DNA of 54,972 nt from contig NC_068995.1 in the NCBI RefSeq assembly GCF_001194135.2, forward strand, positions 39,226,550 through 39,281,521. Reading direction: 5' to 3'. The translations under genes and the position numbers were made by a program. The notes beneath the pieces were generated by a model. It saw nothing but the letters and a program-made list of their open reading frames with translations, ran no database searches and was not told the origin of the DNA. This DNA comes from Octopus bimaculoides (Eukaryota). Of the stretch, positions 50,972 through 54,972 are shown one piece after another; positions within the stretch are counted from its first letter, which is position 1, and the number at the start of each line of letters is the position of its first letter.

Positions 50972-52411
50972 CGTGACTGGCTAAACTTCAAGTATCTAAT
51001 TCAAAGACGAAAAATAGCATTTAAGACATTACAAACTTATGAAATAAACTAGTTGTTTAGAGCTTAAATCTTGTATCTTATTCTCAAACAAAGTTCCATG
51101 ATTGACATGTAATCAAATAAATTATTTTAATAAGGGCATATGAAGTACTCACCGTAGCAAATGTTTGGTATTCAGAGATTTCAGTGAGTTTCGTACACGT
51201 AAAATTGAGTATTAAACATCACACCCTGAAACCACCGAAAAGATAGTTACTGCGTAATAGAGTGAATTCTTATATAGCACCCAAATTTGATCAAACATTC
51301 AGGAAACGGAAGAATTACAAATGCAATACTGTTGTTATGAATGTACCCAAGAGATTTGTATATTAGAATACATCTGGAATACTTTTGGTCATAAACCTGT
51401 TGAATCATCGCTTAATGGACGAAATAGCAATACCAAAAGCTTTGACACATTTTTCTTCCGACAATTAGATATATAACACAGAGAGAAATAATGATTTTTA
51501 TTGGATATCGAATGAAAATAGGTGAAATATGAACAATAATAAAAGGTAAAGTTCATTTGTGGCATTATAGGAACATATCTGTCATACACGTTAAGTAATA
51601 CGATACAAAATTCACGTTGTGTATGATATATTAGGTTCATATACACAGAGGAAAACCTTTTCATATATACATACGTATATATAGAAAGCTGCAGAAATCA
51701 AATCGCTTAATACAATTTGTGAGGTTTGCAACATAACTGCGTGTATGTGTGTGTGACTGCGTGCGTGTAATGGATGAGAATACGTCGAAGTGCGTATAAT
51801 TGATAAGGATAAGATTAGTGCTCTAAATCAGATCTATTTCCTAATATTCAACGTCCTAATCACCGAAGACTTAGATGAACAACAAGAGTAATCTATCTAT
51901 AAAAAAACTCATCGATGTAGCTCATGAAAATAAAGATAAAAGTATTTGCTTAAGCCATCATAGCATTTATAAATGATTTACACAATTATTTATAAATAAT
52001 TTACACAAATAGAATTAACCAAAAGGAATGAAGATGGTGAATAGTTGTTCTTCACAAATATGTAGATACACAAGGATAGCACAATCGAAAATGCAATTGA
52101 GAACAAAGAGAATCCATGGTCATGCTTTACAGCTATTTCAGGGTATCGATGACAAAATGAAGCAGTAAGACGCATTATACGTAAATATGCAACATATTGA
52201 CATAGAAGTATAAGTCAATATGAACTAAAATCGTGTTGCTGCCTACTACCTCTAGTGAACTGGACAGAATAAATTGTGGAGTAGAAGACATTATTTAGAC
52301 AACAGTCCTTCTCTATCTCTCTGTCTGTTTCTTTCTCTCTTTCACTGTCTTTCTATACGTACTTATATACATAAATACATATACAGGTATGTGTGTGTGC
52401 CCGTTATATAA

Positions 52412-52442
<31 letters not shown>

Positions 52443-52902
52443 CACACGCACANNNNNNNNNNNNNNNNNNNNNNNNNNNNNNNNNNNNNNNNNNNNNNNN
52501 NNNNNNNNNNNNNNNNNNNNNNNNNNNNNNNNNNNNNNNNNNNNNNNNNNNNNNNNNNNNNNNNNNNNNNNNNNNNNNNNNNNNNNNNNNNNNNNNNNNN
52601 NNNNNNNNNNNNNNNNNNNNNNNNNNNNNNNNNNNNNNNNNNNNNNNNNNNNNNNNNNNNNNNNNNNNNNNNNNNNNNNNNNNNNNNNNNNNNNNNNNNN
52701 NNNNNNNNNNNNNNNNNNNNNNNNNNNNNNNNNNNNNNNNNNNNNNNNNNNNNNNNNNNNNNNNNNNNNNNNNNNNNNNNNNNNNNNNNNNNNNNNNNNN
52801 NNNNNNNNNNNNNNNNNNNNNNNNNNNNNNNNNNNNNNNNNNNNNNNNNNNNNNNNNNNNNNNNNNNNNNNNNNNNNNNNNNNNNNNNNNNNNNNNNNNN
52901 NN

Positions 52903-53157
52903 CTAACGAAAACAGCCGAAATCTTTGGTTCATCAAGAAGTACTGTCTTGAAAGTAATGAAAACTTTTGAGAAAGACGGAAAAATCGCCTCGTCGAAACA
53001 AAACTCCGGAAGAAAACCAAAACATTCAGATAGGGACCGTCGGACTCTTACGCGAATTGTTAGAAAGGATCACAAAAGTGCAGCTCCCAAAATTTCTGCA
53101 AAGCTTAATGACCACCACGAGAACCCTGTTTCCACAAAAACTGTTCACCGGGAGTGT
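52903..53157 (+). mobile_element. Tc1-like transposase N-terminal DNA-binding fragment
   Basis: KTAEIFGSSRSTVLKVMKTFEK.GK..S.KQNSGRKPK.SDRDRR.L.RIVRKD is typical of the Tc1 paired-like HTH plus GRKPK linker. Truncated by the gap at 5' and by unrelated sequence at 3'. Confidence 0.88.
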
Positions 53158-53906
53158 ACTATTTATTCTATTAGGAGTTTTTTGGCAAACTACTATGTTA
53201 TAGAGACATACACAAGCACAAACAAAAACCGGCTCTCAAGTGGTAGATGTACAAACACAAAAGCAGGCACGCACCTACATACACGCTTAGATAAATATGT
53301 TTATGTGTTTATATGAGCCTCTACACAGTTTCCGCCTAGAAAATTCACTCACAAGTCATTGGTGTGCCTGGAGCTATAACAGAAGACAGATGCTGAAGGT
53401 GCCACGCAGTGGAACTGAAACTAAAACTAGGTGACTGTAATAAGATCATCGTTACCATATCGTCATGCCTCCAATTTATGCATAATTCTACGGGCTGAAA
53501 TGAGTTTCCGTTTTGTACAAGACCAATAATATTTCATGAATTACTATCAGCTTTACTAATAGAATCACTATTCAGTTATCTGTGACATGATTTCAGCGCT
53601 AAAGTATTCTGCCGTATATAAATGTCTTGACTAACACGACATCTGAACGGGGAGAAGGCATACCTCCACACATTTGAAAAGCATGGGTAACAATTACAAT
53701 ATGTTTAATAAGAACACTATACAGGTTTCATTAGTTATTTAAAACTAAGCTGCAAACCGCATAAAAAAGAATTATCAGCGAAGAAATACGTTGAAAGGAT
53801 TCTAGGAGATAACTCTGATGCATCTCAAATTCAACGAGAATTTAACGCTTTAAGATTCTCCACGACTATAAAATATGTGTATTGTGAGTATCTATATCTG
53901 TGTCTC

Positions 53907-53940
<34 letters not shown>

Positions 53941-54972
53941 TGTGTGTGTGACTCTGCTGTGTTTCTCTACGTGAGTGAACTGGCGTGTCCTTATAAGTTT
54001 GAATATGCGTCTTTGTGTATTTCTGTGTATGTTTCACTAATGATTAAATAGAAATACGCAGTTTGGAATAAGATTACGATAGCGAATATTGAGTTACGAA
54101 AGCAATGTGAAACATAGACGAAAGAAATAAACAATGTTTATAAACATATATTGTATGCGCGAGATCTGCTTGAAATGAAACAGAAATAAAACCTTTCTAA
54201 AATCGTACACTACTGTTTTTTAAAAAAAACGGAGAGAGGACACATTTGATAATGTAATCCAAGATGCACTATGTTTGAATTACTGTTGTAGTCAGGACTG
54301 CAATTTCCGCTGCAACGCGATTGATCTGCAACTGAATAATAGCAACAAGAACAACGTGAAGTTTTAATCTAACAAATTCTCTTTAAATAATAACGATTGT
54401 ACCTAACTTTGCAATATAGCTGCAAAATGGGAAAATATTTGATATTCTGTAATACATTATAAACATCCCTAATTCTATGGTGAATTTATTTGAATTATTA
54501 AGGTTATTGAACATATATGAATAGATATATTGCCGAAAAGAGATTCACCCAGGAGTTTCTTAAGTTCTTTCACGTTCTCGATCTCAAATTGCTACCAATG
54601 CATCTTTGCGGATCTTCTTTCCAAGTATTGTGGCTATTTATTTAATTGTATCTACTATCCAGAGTGTGTCGTGAAGTATGCGCCTGTTGATTAGAAAACA
54701 GGAGAGAGGGTGGCTACGTAAATCCTGGATGTTTGGGGTTCCTTGATTGGAACTCGTAAGAGTTTCTTTTGAATCAGAACTGCATCGTTCATGTTATCAC
54801 ATATTTTCTATAGTATGCATACTCTTATCGCGATCCACGTGCTTTTCCATTTCTTCATGTAAATCCCCACAAAAATTATTGTCTGTCCTTGCGACGTCCC
54901 CTTCATCAATGCTAGCAAAAAAAAAAAAAAAAATCATCGTCCTCGTCGTCGTCGTCATCATCATCATCATCA

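Noticed and set aside
51389-52175. GPCR-like hints (YDRYVPI and a hydrophobic ORF) on the minus strand
   Set aside because: Two short AT-rich ORFs without continuous TM pattern or other rhodopsin motifs; hydrophobic bias is expected from T-rich DNA.

Overview
Eukaryotic, AT-rich, repeat-dense genomic DNA from a gapped draft scaffold with many N runs. It is very probably an octopus (coleoid cephalopod), inferred from the extreme microsatellite load and the recurring tRNA-derived SINE families. The only well-supported host gene is ECT2L (F-box, DUF4347-like middle region; RhoGEF part not reached) on the minus strand. I reconstructed 13 coding exons by hand from 50971 down to 4788. They are phase-consistent, total 1848 nt (616 codons) with no stop, and use one apparent GC-AG intron. 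The DH/PH exons are not confidently found in the window. The introns hold a full-length but frameshifted mariner with intact TIRs, fragments of Tc1, Gypsy gag, Penelope and an RTE-like LINE, many SINEs, hAT-like ends and minisatellites. The most unusual structure is a 399-bp fold-back element (49345-49743) in the first coding intron: a tRNA-like Pol III head joined by (AAT)n to a Penelope-type tail carrying a minimal hammerhead ribozyme motif, duplicated head-to-head so that each strand carries one hammerhead. Nearly all ORFs in the supplied track are artefacts of microsatellites or N gaps. Protein similarities are from my recall of family sequences, not from database searches.
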